From assembly GCA_051531975.1 (NCBI GenBank), contig JAOPTT010000003.1:237119-301118 (forward strand): DNA of 64,000 nt, written 5' to 3'. Source of the DNA: Spirochaetaceae bacterium (GTDB lineage: Bacteria; Spirochaetota; Spirochaetia; DSM-2461). Every line of letters starts with the position of its first letter. Positions within the stretch are counted from its first letter, which is position 1. A model generated the notes under the pieces. It searched no databases and was not told the DNA's origin. It saw only the letters and a list, made by a program, of their open reading frames with translations. The translations under genes were made by a program, and so were the position numbers. Shown in pieces: positions 54,574-64,000 of this stretch.

Positions 54574-55641
54574 TTGAAAAAATTCATAAAACCATACCTA
54601 CTAACTGGTGTAGCTATATTAAGTATGAATAGTTCTTATGCAAACAATAATAATACAGTAATATCAAAAGAGAGTAAGCAATCCCAATTAAATGAGCAAA
54701 GCTCTTTGGTATTACAAAATAATAAAGATATATTAATAAACAAATCAGGAATATATAGCTTTAGTGGAGATGTAACAAACTCATCAATCATTATAGAAGC
54801 TGGGGAAAAAGATACTGTAAATATCATTTTAGATAGTGTTACAATCACAAACCAAAACACTCCAGCAATTTATGTTAAATCTGCAGATAAAGTCTATATA
54901 ACAACAAACAACAAAAATAGTTTAGCTGTAACTAAAGAGTACATACCAGATGGAGATACAAACTTAGATGCTGTTATATTTTCCAGATCAGATCTCAGTC
55001 TAGATGGACTAGGATCTCTAAATATATCTGGTACAACAGGAAATGGTATCTCTAGTAAAGATGATTTAATAGTTGCTGGTGGCTACATAACAATAAATGC
55101 ACTTAAAGATGGACTAGAAGCTAACGATTCTATACAAATTATAGGTGGAGATATTGCAATAAGAGCTGGAGCAGATGCTTTACACTCAGAAGGTTACATT
55201 CACATAGAGAAAGGGGATTTAGAACTTAACGCTGCAGATGATGCAATTAGGGGAACTACTTATATTTTAATCGACGGAGGAACTATAGATATTCCAAACT
55301 GCAAGGAAGGAATTGAAGCTACAGAGATAGAGATAAATGGTGGGAAAATCACTATTAATTCTTCAGATGACGGTATTAATGCTACTGCCAAAAGTGAAGG
55401 AGAGGTAAAGATAACTGTTAATGGTGGTGATATTTTAATAAATATGGCAGACGGAGATACTGATGGATTTGATTCAAATGGAGATCTTTATATTAATGGT
55501 GGAAAAATAGAAGTTAATGCCCGATCTGCTTTTGATGCCGATGGAACAGCTGAATTAAAGAATGTATCCGTTATAGTAAATGGAGAAATACTAAATGAAC
55601 TACCAATTACTAGGGGTGGATTTAGAAAGAAAAGAAAGTAA
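54574..55641 (+). CDS. Secreted Cthe_2159-like (DUF4353) beta-helix carbohydrate-binding protein
   Basis: Signal peptide; repeated GG.I.I.A..DG/DAI units; DGFDSNG; TTG start after AAGGAG. Confidence 0.82.
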   Translation: MKKFIKPYLLTGVAILSMNSSYANNNNTVISKESKQSQLNEQSSLVLQNNKDILINKSGIYSFSGDVTNSSIIIEAGEKDTVNIILDSVTITNQNTPAIYVKSADKVYITTNNKNSLAVTKEYIPDGDTNLDAVIFSRSDLSLDGLGSLNISGTTGNGISSKDDLIVAGGYITINALKDGLEANDSIQIIGGDIAIRAGADALHSEGYIHIEKGDLELNAADDAIRGTTYILIDGGTIDIPNCKEGIEATEIEINGGKITINSSDDGINATAKSEGEVKITVNGGDILINMADGDTDGFDSNGDLYINGGKIEVNARSAFDADGTAELKNVSVIVNGEILNELPITRGGFRKKRK

Positions 55642-55661
55642 CATTATATAAAAACTTAAGT

Positions 55662-55977
55662 TTATTTAAAATCCAATGGTGAAACAGCATTATTGTTTGG
55701 TTTCACAGAGACATGTGTGTAGACCATGGTAGTTTCTAAGTTTTTATGCCCAAGGTAACTCTGAATAACTCTATGTACACCAAAGTCTAATATGCCCTGA
55801 ATTAGGATAAACACTATCATTTATCTGTATGAAATATTTAATAAACTTTTTACTCCAAGAACTAAAGCTATTCTCTCGTCCTTCTTCAACTAACTGGTTT
55901 CTATTAAGAAATTCTTCATAACCAGCGATACGTTTATTTAATTCATTATCAATTCTATCCACAAATCTCTTATACAT
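55662..55977 (-). pseudogene. Internally deleted tyrosine recombinase, integron-integrase-like
   Basis: 55790-55662 translates LDFGVHRVIQSYLGHKNLETTMVYTHVSVKPNNNAVSPLDFK* (box II His 55746-48, catalytic Tyr 55719-21, SPLD tail). It is joined out of frame to an N-terminal fragment MYKRF...YEEFL...SWSKKFIKYF. Confidence 0.75.
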
Positions 55978-56073
55978 AAAAATTGTACAAAGCTTCAAAG
56001 TATAATTATTAACATTATTATTGACCTATCATTATCCCCCCGGAAGATGTCAACATAGTTGAAGTGTGCTCTT

Positions 56074-57176
56074 AATTTTTTTCCTATACTGCAGGCCTCA
56101 TTTTTTTATTAAGACTAATCCTAGTATCTGCTGAAGGATTTAAATATACGACATGTTCCTCTTGCAACTGTTTTACATTATTACTCCAGTGCTTTGGGTT
56201 TGCTGCTTTTGCTTCAAGCATTACATTATTTCTCTTTTTACAATTTTATTATATTTTCCATTTCGCATTTCTAAAGGTGTAATGAAGTTTATTCCTGAAT
56301 GACTATGGGTAGAATTATATCCATCAACAAATGAGGCAAACCATTCTCTAGCAACAACTACGTTTGGGAAATCATGAGGATATGCAGCCCCATATCTTAG
56401 TGTTTTAAAACATGATTCAATAAATGGATTGTCATTACTAACTCGTGGTCTTGAGTAACTATTACAAATACCTAGATCATAAAATAGTGCCATAAGTGTT
56501 ACACCTTTCATCACGCTTCCATTATCAGAATGTACAAAAACATCTGGGTGTTGGTTTTCAAGTAGAGCACACTGGAATAATTCCTGGGCATGAGAATCAT
56601 GTTCTCTATCATGAATAGCCCATTTCACAATACTTCTATCCCAAATATCTATAATTACATATGCATAAAAAAAGAGCCACCTGATATCGGTTTTAAGATA
56701 GGTTATATCCCAGGTCCAAACCTGATTTGGACCGGTAGCTTTTCTTTCAGGGGGAGGATTACGCCTCTTTGCTGGACGTGAATTACCACTATGATTTATT
56801 AGACTCTTTTTCCGTAAGGCACGATAGAAAGAGCTTACACTGGCGATATAGATGCCATTATCTAGTAAAGAAGCATGGATCTTGTAAGGATTTAAATCTT
56901 TATACTTTTTACTACAGCACATTTTTATTAGTTCTTGCTCTTCTTCGTTAGTCAATTTGTGAGGGACGTTTTTTACTGATCCTTTATTGGTATCTGTAAG
57001 ATTTCCAGCTCGCCAACGCTCAAAGGAACTCATTGATATTCCCATCGCCTTGCAGGCCCTCCCTTAAACGAGCGCCAGCTTCAGTTGCTGTAGTTATTAA
57101 TGCTACAGCAGATTTCCTTCTTTCTGTAGAAATTAGTCGTCCTCTTGATCCCCCCAAAGTTCGTCCGCTTTTTTTT
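56074..57176 (-). pseudogene. IS3 transposase OrfB with two frameshifts
   Basis: The -1 frame reads SGRTLGGSRGRL...GARLRE, then an extra G near 57058 before ACKAMGIS. DDE core at 56221-57045. A missing A near 56237 precedes RNNVMLEAKAANPKHWS. Confidence 0.75.
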
Positions 57177-57597
57177 AAAGCGTATAAAGAGCAGCCTGAC
57201 TTCTTTTAAGTTCCTTCTCTAATCTTTTATTCTCTACTTTTAACTTTTTGTTAATTGTTTTTTCAGAATCTTTCTTATTTTCCACCATGTCTCTCAGTTC
57301 CTGTTCGTATAAAGTTATATGCTCTGAGTGTAATCCTTTATCACGAAGCCAACGACCTTCATCTTCTTCCGATAAGGACTTGGATTCTATAACAAGACTT
57401 AGTTTTTCTCTCGCTGAGCGATTAGCACTATGAACAGTATCATTTACATTGAGTGTACCTTCTTTTGCTTTGTTAAACCATCTTCGTAATGTTGGTTCTG
57501 AAACTCCGGACTCTTCTGAAACTGTTTTTATTGATTTATTAGATGGTGGTAGAATCTTTTTAACCTGTGATTCTTTGAATCCTATACTGTATCTCAT
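57133..57597 (-). pseudogene. IS3 transposase OrfA with premature stop
   Basis: HTH VSEESGVSEPTLRRW; TAA at 57175-57177 interrupts L*KKADELWGDQEDD* next to the A-AAA-AAG slippery site. Confidence 0.75.
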
Positions 57598-57748
57598 AAT
57601 TGAAATTCTCCTTTAAAAGTTAAACTTCAACTATCCTGAAACATAGGGCCCCTGAGATAACCATACAGTAGAACGAGAACAGAATTAAACAAAACTATCC
57701 CATATAATCGGAATCCTGATAACATTGAAATATATCTTATTAAAGATC

Positions 57749-57768
57749 CTTATAAGAAGTTGTTATGT
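57749..57768 (+). other. Candidate attI recombination site
   Basis: CTTATAAGAAGTT-GTTATGT: GTT core at 57762, upstream of and facing away from the intI-like remnant, ahead of the first cassette-like gene. Confidence 0.35.
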
Positions 57769-57975
57769 ACATACAAAAATTTGGCCTTTTCAAATCTTTA
57801 GTTTTTTAACCATACAGGGGGCTAAAAAGAAATTACTTATAGAAAGTATTAGTTGTAATTATTTTTTATGTCTTTACATATGTCTTACATTTTATAATAC
57901 CATCTTTGCCCATCTATAATTAAAACACGTAATATGGATTACATCATTAATGATTATATATATTAAAAAATTCCT

Positions 57976-59066
57976 ATGAAAAATAAAAATTGAGATTACT
58001 AATCATGACGATGAAGAGACTAAAGGATATGTGACTCTTCCACTATCACCAAATCATTTCAAAGACTTTATATCGGGTTTGCTTGGAAAACCACAATCAA
58101 TTGAAGGTGATATACATGGTACATTTGAAATAGATAAAGGTGATTTAGTTCAACTGCATCATCTTATAGAACAACGAATTTCTCAAAATGATAGTTCCCT
58201 TGTTTCTTTAGAAATACAAGTTAGTTATAATGATGATTCTAGTATAACTCTTACAGATTTTGAATCATTAATAGCTTGGACCAATAGTACCAGTAAAAGT
58301 ATTTATTTCATGGACATACCTTGTAACTTTTACCAAAAAGAATGTTCCTGAGAAGCAAGTTATTAGTAGTTCTATGAGTGCATATAGTTATGAATCAAGA
58401 AATTTTTTCAAAAGTAATTCATTTCGTTTTAATTCTATTCCTAGTCATAGTCCTTTAAACTATAGTATTCAAACTACAGAAAGGACTTGGGGGGTTGATT
58501 TAGAAAATTTAATAAGAAATCATTTTTCAACATTGATCTTCCACCAATCAAAAGTTAAAAGCTTTTTAAAAGATTTTGATTATGATCGAATTTCTTTGGT
58601 TTTCTTTTTAATTACATCATTACTATCTTCATTTGAGGCATCTTGGTTTATGTCAAATAAAATTACTGATACATTTAATAATATTAATACAATAGATATT
58701 TCTTCAAAAATAGATTGGATTTCAGAGGTAATCTCATCAGGATTATGGGCAAATTTCTTTTTAGGAATAATAGCTCTAATTGGTATTTCTATTTTAATAT
58801 CAATTCCAATTGGTGAATTCTTAGATTCTAAATCAAATATAAATGTATCAAGTCATTTTTTATTTAATGAAGAAGCAATGCGGAACAAAGAACTAATCGA
58901 CAAAAAATACAAGGTCGATTGGCAAAAATTCTTTTCAACAGTAATTCTTGGAGTTATATCAAGTATTACTGCAAGTATTTTAGTTCCTTTGATTGTGAAC
59001 CCAAGAAAAGTACACTCTTTAATTTCAGCGACCTTACTCTTTTCTCTGTTAATTTTTAGTTTTTAA
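57976..59066 (+). pseudogene. Frameshifted membrane protein gene (cassette-like)
   Basis: ATG 57976 is one base out of frame with ORF 58031 (A-run). A second break near 58275 links to PIVPVKVFISWTYLVTF..PEKQ, which is in frame with ORF 58374-59066 (3 TM segments). Confidence 0.7.
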
Positions 59067-59252
59067 TTTACCTTCAAGATAACAAGTAACCTCAGATAGA
59101 ATTTGTAATCCTTCCTTCATACTCTTTTCTAAAATTATAACATCATCAGCATATCGTGCAAAAGGAAGCTCTTTTCTCTCTAATTCCTTATCGAATTTAT
59201 CAAGTAAAATATTAGAAAGTAGTGGTGAAAGTGGACAACTTTGTTGTGTCCC
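58976..59252 (-). pseudogene. Group II intron reverse transcriptase/maturase fragment (RT4-RT7)
   Basis: GTQQSCPLSPLLSNILLDKFDKELERKELPFARYADDVIIL...YLEGKL / frameshift / LKINREKSKV....CTFLGFTI; YADD at 59142-59153. Confidence 0.88.
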
Positions 59253-59277
59253 TAGATATTATAACACAAAGATAAAA

Positions 59278-59520
59278 TTGTACTCTTATGAAATACATAC
59301 AATAATCAATATAAAATAACAGTGAATCAACTGTCACTAAACTATCATCCTTAATGGGAATAAAGAATCCAAGTGTTTCTGAGTTGATTTCGAAATTAAA
59401 CAAGAAAAATATGAAAATAAAACATAATAAAAAATGGAAAAAATTGTTCTCTCATTAACTGAAGAAGGCTGGCTAGTATTTAATGGTCATAGAAAAATAT
59501 CACAAAATGAAATTAAAACT
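59278..59520 (+). pseudogene. MarR-family regulator remnant
   Basis: Broken frames give LYSYEIHTIINIK / SESTVTKLSSLMGIKNPSVSELISKLNKK / IVLSLTEEGWLVFNGH (winged HTH pattern). Confidence 0.55.
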
Positions 59521-59562
59521 TAAAACTTAAAACTAGATAGTATAAGGTGTAAATGAAGAGTT

Positions 59563-59715
59563 ATGAAAATTACAGCGTTAGTTGAAAATGAAGAATAAAA
59601 TTCTAAACAAAAAATGAAAACAACACATGGTTTATCATTTTAATTAAACACCAAAGATAAAAAAAATTTAAATGAAATCTATGTAGGTGACACTATAAAC
59701 ACAGATGAATTAAAG
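59563..59715 (+). pseudogene. MBL-fold hydrolase remnant
   Basis: MKITALVENEE*NSKQKMKTTHGLSF*LNTKDKKI resembles the MKIT.LVEN...HGLS..I....KILFD N-terminus; internal stops, remainder deleted. Confidence 0.5.
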
Positions 59716-59872
59716 CAATTTAAATCCACTAATTTTTACAATGTCTGGAAGTATAGAAAATATAAGCTTCATCTTTTTATCGCATGTCGAATGGGATATA
59801 AAAACCTTCTCTTAATAAATGCTATAACGTTCATATCCGAACAGCATTTTGGTCAAGTATATGGGGCTAAAA

Positions 59873-61789
59873 TTAATCAAGTTTAAAAAATTTCATACTC
59901 TCATCCATTTCTATTGCTTGGGCTGACAGTTCTTCAGTGGCGGATGCAGCTTCTTCTACTAGAGCGGCATTCTTTTGGGTATTTTCATCCAATGATGATA
60001 AAGTCTGATCAATCTGGTTTATACCATTTAGCTGTTGTGCCGAAGCTGATGAAACTTCTCCCACCATAATGGTCACTTTTTTTATTACCTGATTAATCTC
60101 CTGCAACATATTTCCTGCTTTATTGGCAATTGCCACACCGTCCTCTACTTTTTTATTACTAACTTTAATGATATTGGCAATTTCACTTGCCGCTTTGTCC
60201 GATTTCTTAGCCAATTTTCTCACTTCTACAGCAACTACTGCGAACCCTTTGCCTTGAATACCCGCTCGAGCCGCTTCAATCGATGCGTTTAGAGCAAGAA
60301 GATTTGTCTGAAAAGCAATATTATTAATAACTTCAATAATATCTGCAATCCGATTACTCGATATACTGATATCATTAATTGAATCTATCATCGAATTAAC
60401 TGCGTCTGAACCATCTTCGGTCTTGCTTAGTGCTTCTCTAGCTAAATTGTCTGCTGCACTTGCATTTTCTGAATTAGACTTGATCGAAGCATTCATCTCT
60501 TCGATAGCTGCAGCAGTTTCCTCAAGGGCAATAGCTTGAACTTCCGTTCTGTTGGATAGATCCTGATTCCCGGTTGCCAGCTCAGAGCAGGCCGATGAGA
60601 TTTGTTCAGCGACAATTATTGTTCCGGAAATTGTCAATTTAAGTTTTTCGGACATCATCAGCATATGTTTCATGATGCCTGTATATTTTTTGCCAGATTC
60701 TTTTTTCAAACTGAGATCACCATCTGATATAACTTTGGTTATTGCTTCCAGATCATTTGGCTCTCCGCCTAATTGCTTCAAGATCCTATTGATTAAAAAA
60801 ACAGTTACTAGGGTGGTTAGAATTAAAATTAACAATGTTAATAGACCGAATAAAATAAAATCTAACCTGGCTTCTGTTTCCAATCCTGAAGCATTTCCAA
60901 TTAATTCCTCAGCTAAAAAATCATCAACTTCTTTAAGCTGATTTATTTTTGCCGTGATCGCATCAAACCAGTAAGCTGAATCCACTCCAAAATTTCCACG
61001 GTTGGCATTTTCAATGGCGATGGTTCTCATTCTCGCCACTTCTCCAACCGAATCATGAGTCATTAATTGATTATAAAAATTAATTTCCATAAGTGTTGCC
61101 GTATTCAGATAATTTTCGAGATATGCGTCCTGCATTGCAATCAGTGATATAACTTTCTGGAACATTCCCTTATCAAATTTATCCTGTGCAAAAGTATTGG
61201 ATAATATTGCCCTTTCGATTCCAGCCCGTTCTTTAGCCTGAAGAAAGTTCACGAAAGAGAATAACCTGGCGGTGATTTTTGCATTCGTACTTAAGTTCGT
61301 TCCATATGCAATTACATTTAAGAAGGAACTGTTCATATCCGTATAATAGCTAATGGCATCACTGCCACTCATATTTAATTCCGAAATACTGCTTCTCTTT
61401 AGGGATATGCTGTCCAAGCGATTCATCGCTTCATCAAGCAGAGTTTTAAATTTATTGTCAAACTTGTCTAAATCAAAGTTTTCGAGGAATCGATTTAATT
61501 CTGTTATTCTAACATCTGTTTCCTTTCTCTGTTCCGGCAATTCTTCGGTAAACTTTGTACCATGAGAACCTAAAAAGGTTGCTGTTCTTCCTCTTTCTTT
61601 TTGTGTTTCATGGACCAATGTACTCAATATGATAGAAAGATCTGTAAGATTCTCCAGGTTTTTCATTTCAGTAGAAATTCTATATCTATCAATAATATTA
61701 TCTATTGAAAAAAATAATAAACCAAATAAAGGTAGAGCCAACATAACCAAAAGCTTTGTTCTAAATTTTGTTCTGTCAAAAATTGTCAT
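59873..61789 (-). CDS. Methyl-accepting chemotaxis protein with NIT (nitrate/nitrite) sensor domain
   Basis: LVHETQKERG and FLQAKERAGIERA NIT motifs between two TM segments; IAFQTNLLALNASIEAARAG..GKGFAVVA signalling hairpin. Confidence 0.88.
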   Translation of the reverse strand: MTIFDRTKFRTKLLVMLALPLFGLLFFSIDNIIDRYRISTEMKNLENLTDLSIILSTLVHETQKERGRTATFLGSHGTKFTEELPEQRKETDVRITELNRFLENFDLDKFDNKFKTLLDEAMNRLDSISLKRSSISELNMSGSDAISYYTDMNSSFLNVIAYGTNLSTNAKITARLFSFVNFLQAKERAGIERAILSNTFAQDKFDKGMFQKVISLIAMQDAYLENYLNTATLMEINFYNQLMTHDSVGEVARMRTIAIENANRGNFGVDSAYWFDAITAKINQLKEVDDFLAEELIGNASGLETEARLDFILFGLLTLLILILTTLVTVFLINRILKQLGGEPNDLEAITKVISDGDLSLKKESGKKYTGIMKHMLMMSEKLKLTISGTIIVAEQISSACSELATGNQDLSNRTEVQAIALEETAAAIEEMNASIKSNSENASAADNLAREALSKTEDGSDAVNSMIDSINDISISSNRIADIIEVINNIAFQTNLLALNASIEAARAGIQGKGFAVVAVEVRKLAKKSDKAASEIANIIKVSNKKVEDGVAIANKAGNMLQEINQVIKKVTIMVGEVSSASAQQLNGINQIDQTLSSLDENTQKNAALVEEAASATEELSAQAIEMDESMKFFKLD

Positions 61790-62159
61790 ACAACCCTCAT
61801 TTTAGTAGTGTTTAAATTTAATATTACCTGTTAGATTACACCAATTTTTTATTTTTCTCTTACAAGTATTGGTTTTTCTGCTAGATTATCCTGACAGAAA
61901 TTCCTTTTCATTGAATCGAAGTAATTATTTTAAATCCCTTTAAAATAAGTATATTCATCATCCATATAAACTTCCATCAATTTAAAAAAATGTGTCCACA
62001 ATCTGAATTTGTACATCGTATTAATGCCACTGCTTTCAGATAATCACCGCAATCGATGAAATGGTCTGAAACATTCATAACAAATTTAATATTGTAGAAT
62101 GTTTACCTTTTTGATTGTAAAATAAAGCATAACATATTTGATATTATAGGAGTTTAGCT

Positions 62160-63593
62160 ATGTCAATTAAACTATTTACAATTGGTGACAGTATATCCCA
62201 GGGTTTTATGAGTGCAGCAGCTGCAAATACAGGGCAATGTTATAGCACAATAATAGCTGAGTTATTAAAAATAGAAGATTATACATATAACAAATACGAC
62301 CCTAAATATAAACTTGGACTTGATCTGGAATTAATATTACGGACTTTAGAAAAGAAATATGGAAATGATATTAATGGCTTAGAAGGTTTAGGTGTTATTA
62401 AAACCATAGCTGATATTTTTGATACCTCTGAGGATTATTATGAACGAGGTAAAGGAAAAATTGGTAACTCACTAAATGAACAGTCGGATTTTTACCATAA
62501 TATCGCATGTGAGGGTATGAAAATAACCGATGCATGGAAAGTTACATCGTCAAAGTGTAAAACTGCCATTAAGGATCTGCCTAAAAAAGACAATTTAATG
62601 GGTGTTGCAAGTGGAGGATTTTATAGGAATGCCTACAGAATATTAAATCCAAATGCAAAACCAGAATTTGAAGATTTCTCCGGGCTAGATTGGTTAAAAT
62701 ATCATTCAGATAAAACAGGAATTGAAAATACAGTATTATGGATAGGGGCTAATAATGCTCTAGGAACTATATTAGATCTAGAAATTTTACAGACTCCCGG
62801 TGATTTAACTGTTTTAAATCAAACTAGATCACAACGTGAAAAATATAACTTATGGCACCCTAATGATTTTAAAAAAGAGTATTCTGAGCTTTTAGACAGA
62901 ACATTAGAAGCCCTAAAAAATAACAAACATACAGATTGGCACTGTATTGTTGGAACAATTCCTCTAGTAACAATAACCCCTATAATAAAAGGTATTGGAG
63001 AGGAGAGAATGGTAGATGGCTCTAGATACTATCAGTACTATACCTACCAACCTATTACACCTGAAACAGCGATAAAAACTGGGAAGTATCTTAAGTTTAG
63101 AGATGCTCTATTTATTGATAACTCAATAACAGAATTTAATAATATTATAAAAGAGTTAGTTAGGAAAAAAAATAGAGAATTAGGACGTGAGGCATTTATT
63201 ATAGCTGACATATCTAAATGCCTAACAAAAATGGCATGGAAGAGAAATAGTGGTAGTCCTACCTATAAATTCCCAGATGAGCTTAAATGGACTTACCCCC
63301 AAGTAGATACAAAGTATTACCATGTTAATAGAAAAGGACACATAGAAAAAGGTGGCATATTTAGTTTAGATGGTGTGCACCCGTCATATACTGGTCAAGG
63401 AATAATAGCCCATGAATTTTTAAAAACTATGAAAAAAGCTGGTATTGTTCATAAAGAGATTAATATAGATTGGGATAAAATAAGAAAAGCTGATTCATTA
63501 ATATCAAAACCAATAAAGTTAATGCCAGAGATATATGAACATGAGAAGTTGATAGAATTACTTTTAAGAGTCGTAAATTATCTGAATAAATAG
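62160..63593 (+). CDS. SGNH/GDSL-like hydrolase
   Basis: IGDSISQG (block I), WIGANN (block III), SLDGVHP (block V); AGGAG RBS. Confidence 0.75.
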   Translation: MSIKLFTIGDSISQGFMSAAAANTGQCYSTIIAELLKIEDYTYNKYDPKYKLGLDLELILRTLEKKYGNDINGLEGLGVIKTIADIFDTSEDYYERGKGKIGNSLNEQSDFYHNIACEGMKITDAWKVTSSKCKTAIKDLPKKDNLMGVASGGFYRNAYRILNPNAKPEFEDFSGLDWLKYHSDKTGIENTVLWIGANNALGTILDLEILQTPGDLTVLNQTRSQREKYNLWHPNDFKKEYSELLDRTLEALKNNKHTDWHCIVGTIPLVTITPIIKGIGEERMVDGSRYYQYYTYQPITPETAIKTGKYLKFRDALFIDNSITEFNNIIKELVRKKNRELGREAFIIADISKCLTKMAWKRNSGSPTYKFPDELKWTYPQVDTKYYHVNRKGHIEKGGIFSLDGVHPSYTGQGIIAHEFLKTMKKAGIVHKEINIDWDKIRKADSLISKPIKLMPEIYEHEKLIELLLRVVNYLNK

Positions 63594-63607
63594 TTTATAA
63601 AACAAAC

Positions 63608-63631
63608 AAACCCTAGATAAATCTAGGGTTT
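63608..63631. terminator. Bidirectional terminator
   Basis: AAACCCTAGA-TAAA-TCTAGGGTTT perfect inverted repeat between convergent genes. Confidence 0.75.
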
Positions 63632-63653
63632 ATATGATATTTATATAAGATTA

Positions 63654-64000
63654 TTAACCTTTTACAGATCCACTCATTAGTCCACGGACAAAATACTTTC
63701 CAGAAACAAAATAGATTGTTAATGTTGGTAATGCCGCTATCATAGCAGCTGCAAAGTGTACATTATACTCTTTAACACCTGTTGAAGAACTTACTAGGTT
63801 ATTTAAAGCAACAGTCATCGGCTGAGAAGTTGCATCACCAAAAGAGACTCCAAACAGGAAATCATTCCAGATATTTGTAGTTTGCCAGATAACAGAAACA
63901 ACAATAACTGGTGCCGAATTAGGAAGAATTATTTGTTTAAATACATCAAAAAAAGTTGCCCCATCAATCTGAGCTGACTCTACTAACTCCATTGGAAAGG
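63654..64000 (-). CDS. Carbohydrate ABC transporter permease, 3' part (5' end outside the window)
   Basis: ELVESAQIDGA EAA loop; WNDFLFG; ends GLMSGSVKG. Confidence 0.9.
   Translation of the reverse strand, partial: FPMELVESAQIDGATFFDVFKQIILPNSAPVIVVSVIWQTTNIWNDFLFGVSFGDATSQPMTVALNNLVSSSTGVKEYNVHFAAAMIAALPTLTIYFVSGKYFVRGLMSGSVKG

Larger units (their letters stand above)
56041..57648 (-). mobile_element. IS3-family insertion sequence, degenerate
   Basis: 25-bp imperfect terminal IRs CGGAAGATGTCAACATAGTTGAAGT / CCCTATGTTTCAGGATAGTTGAAGT; CCCC directly repeated on both flanks; orfA HTH plus orfB DDE (WTWDIT, HSDNG, NPFIES). Confidence 0.88.

Noticed and set aside
62074..62090. TTCATAACAAATTTAAT as an attC left arm
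   Set aside because: No complementary GTTATGAA right arm within a plausible distance

Overview
AT-rich bacterial chromosome segment, probably from an anaerobic free-living spirochaete (inferred from the 'FANG.E/FASG.E' solute-binding-protein leaders, a group II nitrogenase and sigma54 control). From left to right: (1) two paralogous hybrid sensor kinases flanking a permuted GH3 beta-glucosidase and an AraC regulator; (2) a uronide/glycosaminoglycan-type locus (GH88, DUF2264, Cache-AraC regulator, ABC transporter, heparinase II/III-like lyase); (3) a MerR regulon with two 20-bp-spacer promoters; (4) a sulfated fucoside locus (two sulfatases, a beta-propeller GH, GH29, ABC transporter, YesM/YesN-like pair); (5) an adenylate cyclase; (6) a Mo-nitrogenase cluster (nifH-I1-I2-D-K, nifE-N-B-fdx-modABC, nifV-nifA) with four sigma54 promoters. 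All four carry a position-conserved TACA-N4-TGTA box rather than the canonical NifA site, one drives an uncharacterised gene, and one appears to give a leaderless nifV-nifA mRNA. (7) A decayed zone the ORF track does not explain, which reads as a fossil integron: internally deleted intI-like gene, IS3-family insertion, candidate attI, broken cassette-like genes and an antisense group II intron RT fragment. (8) A NIT-domain chemoreceptor, an SGNH hydrolase and a partial ABC permease. No rRNA, tRNA or CRISPR array was seen.
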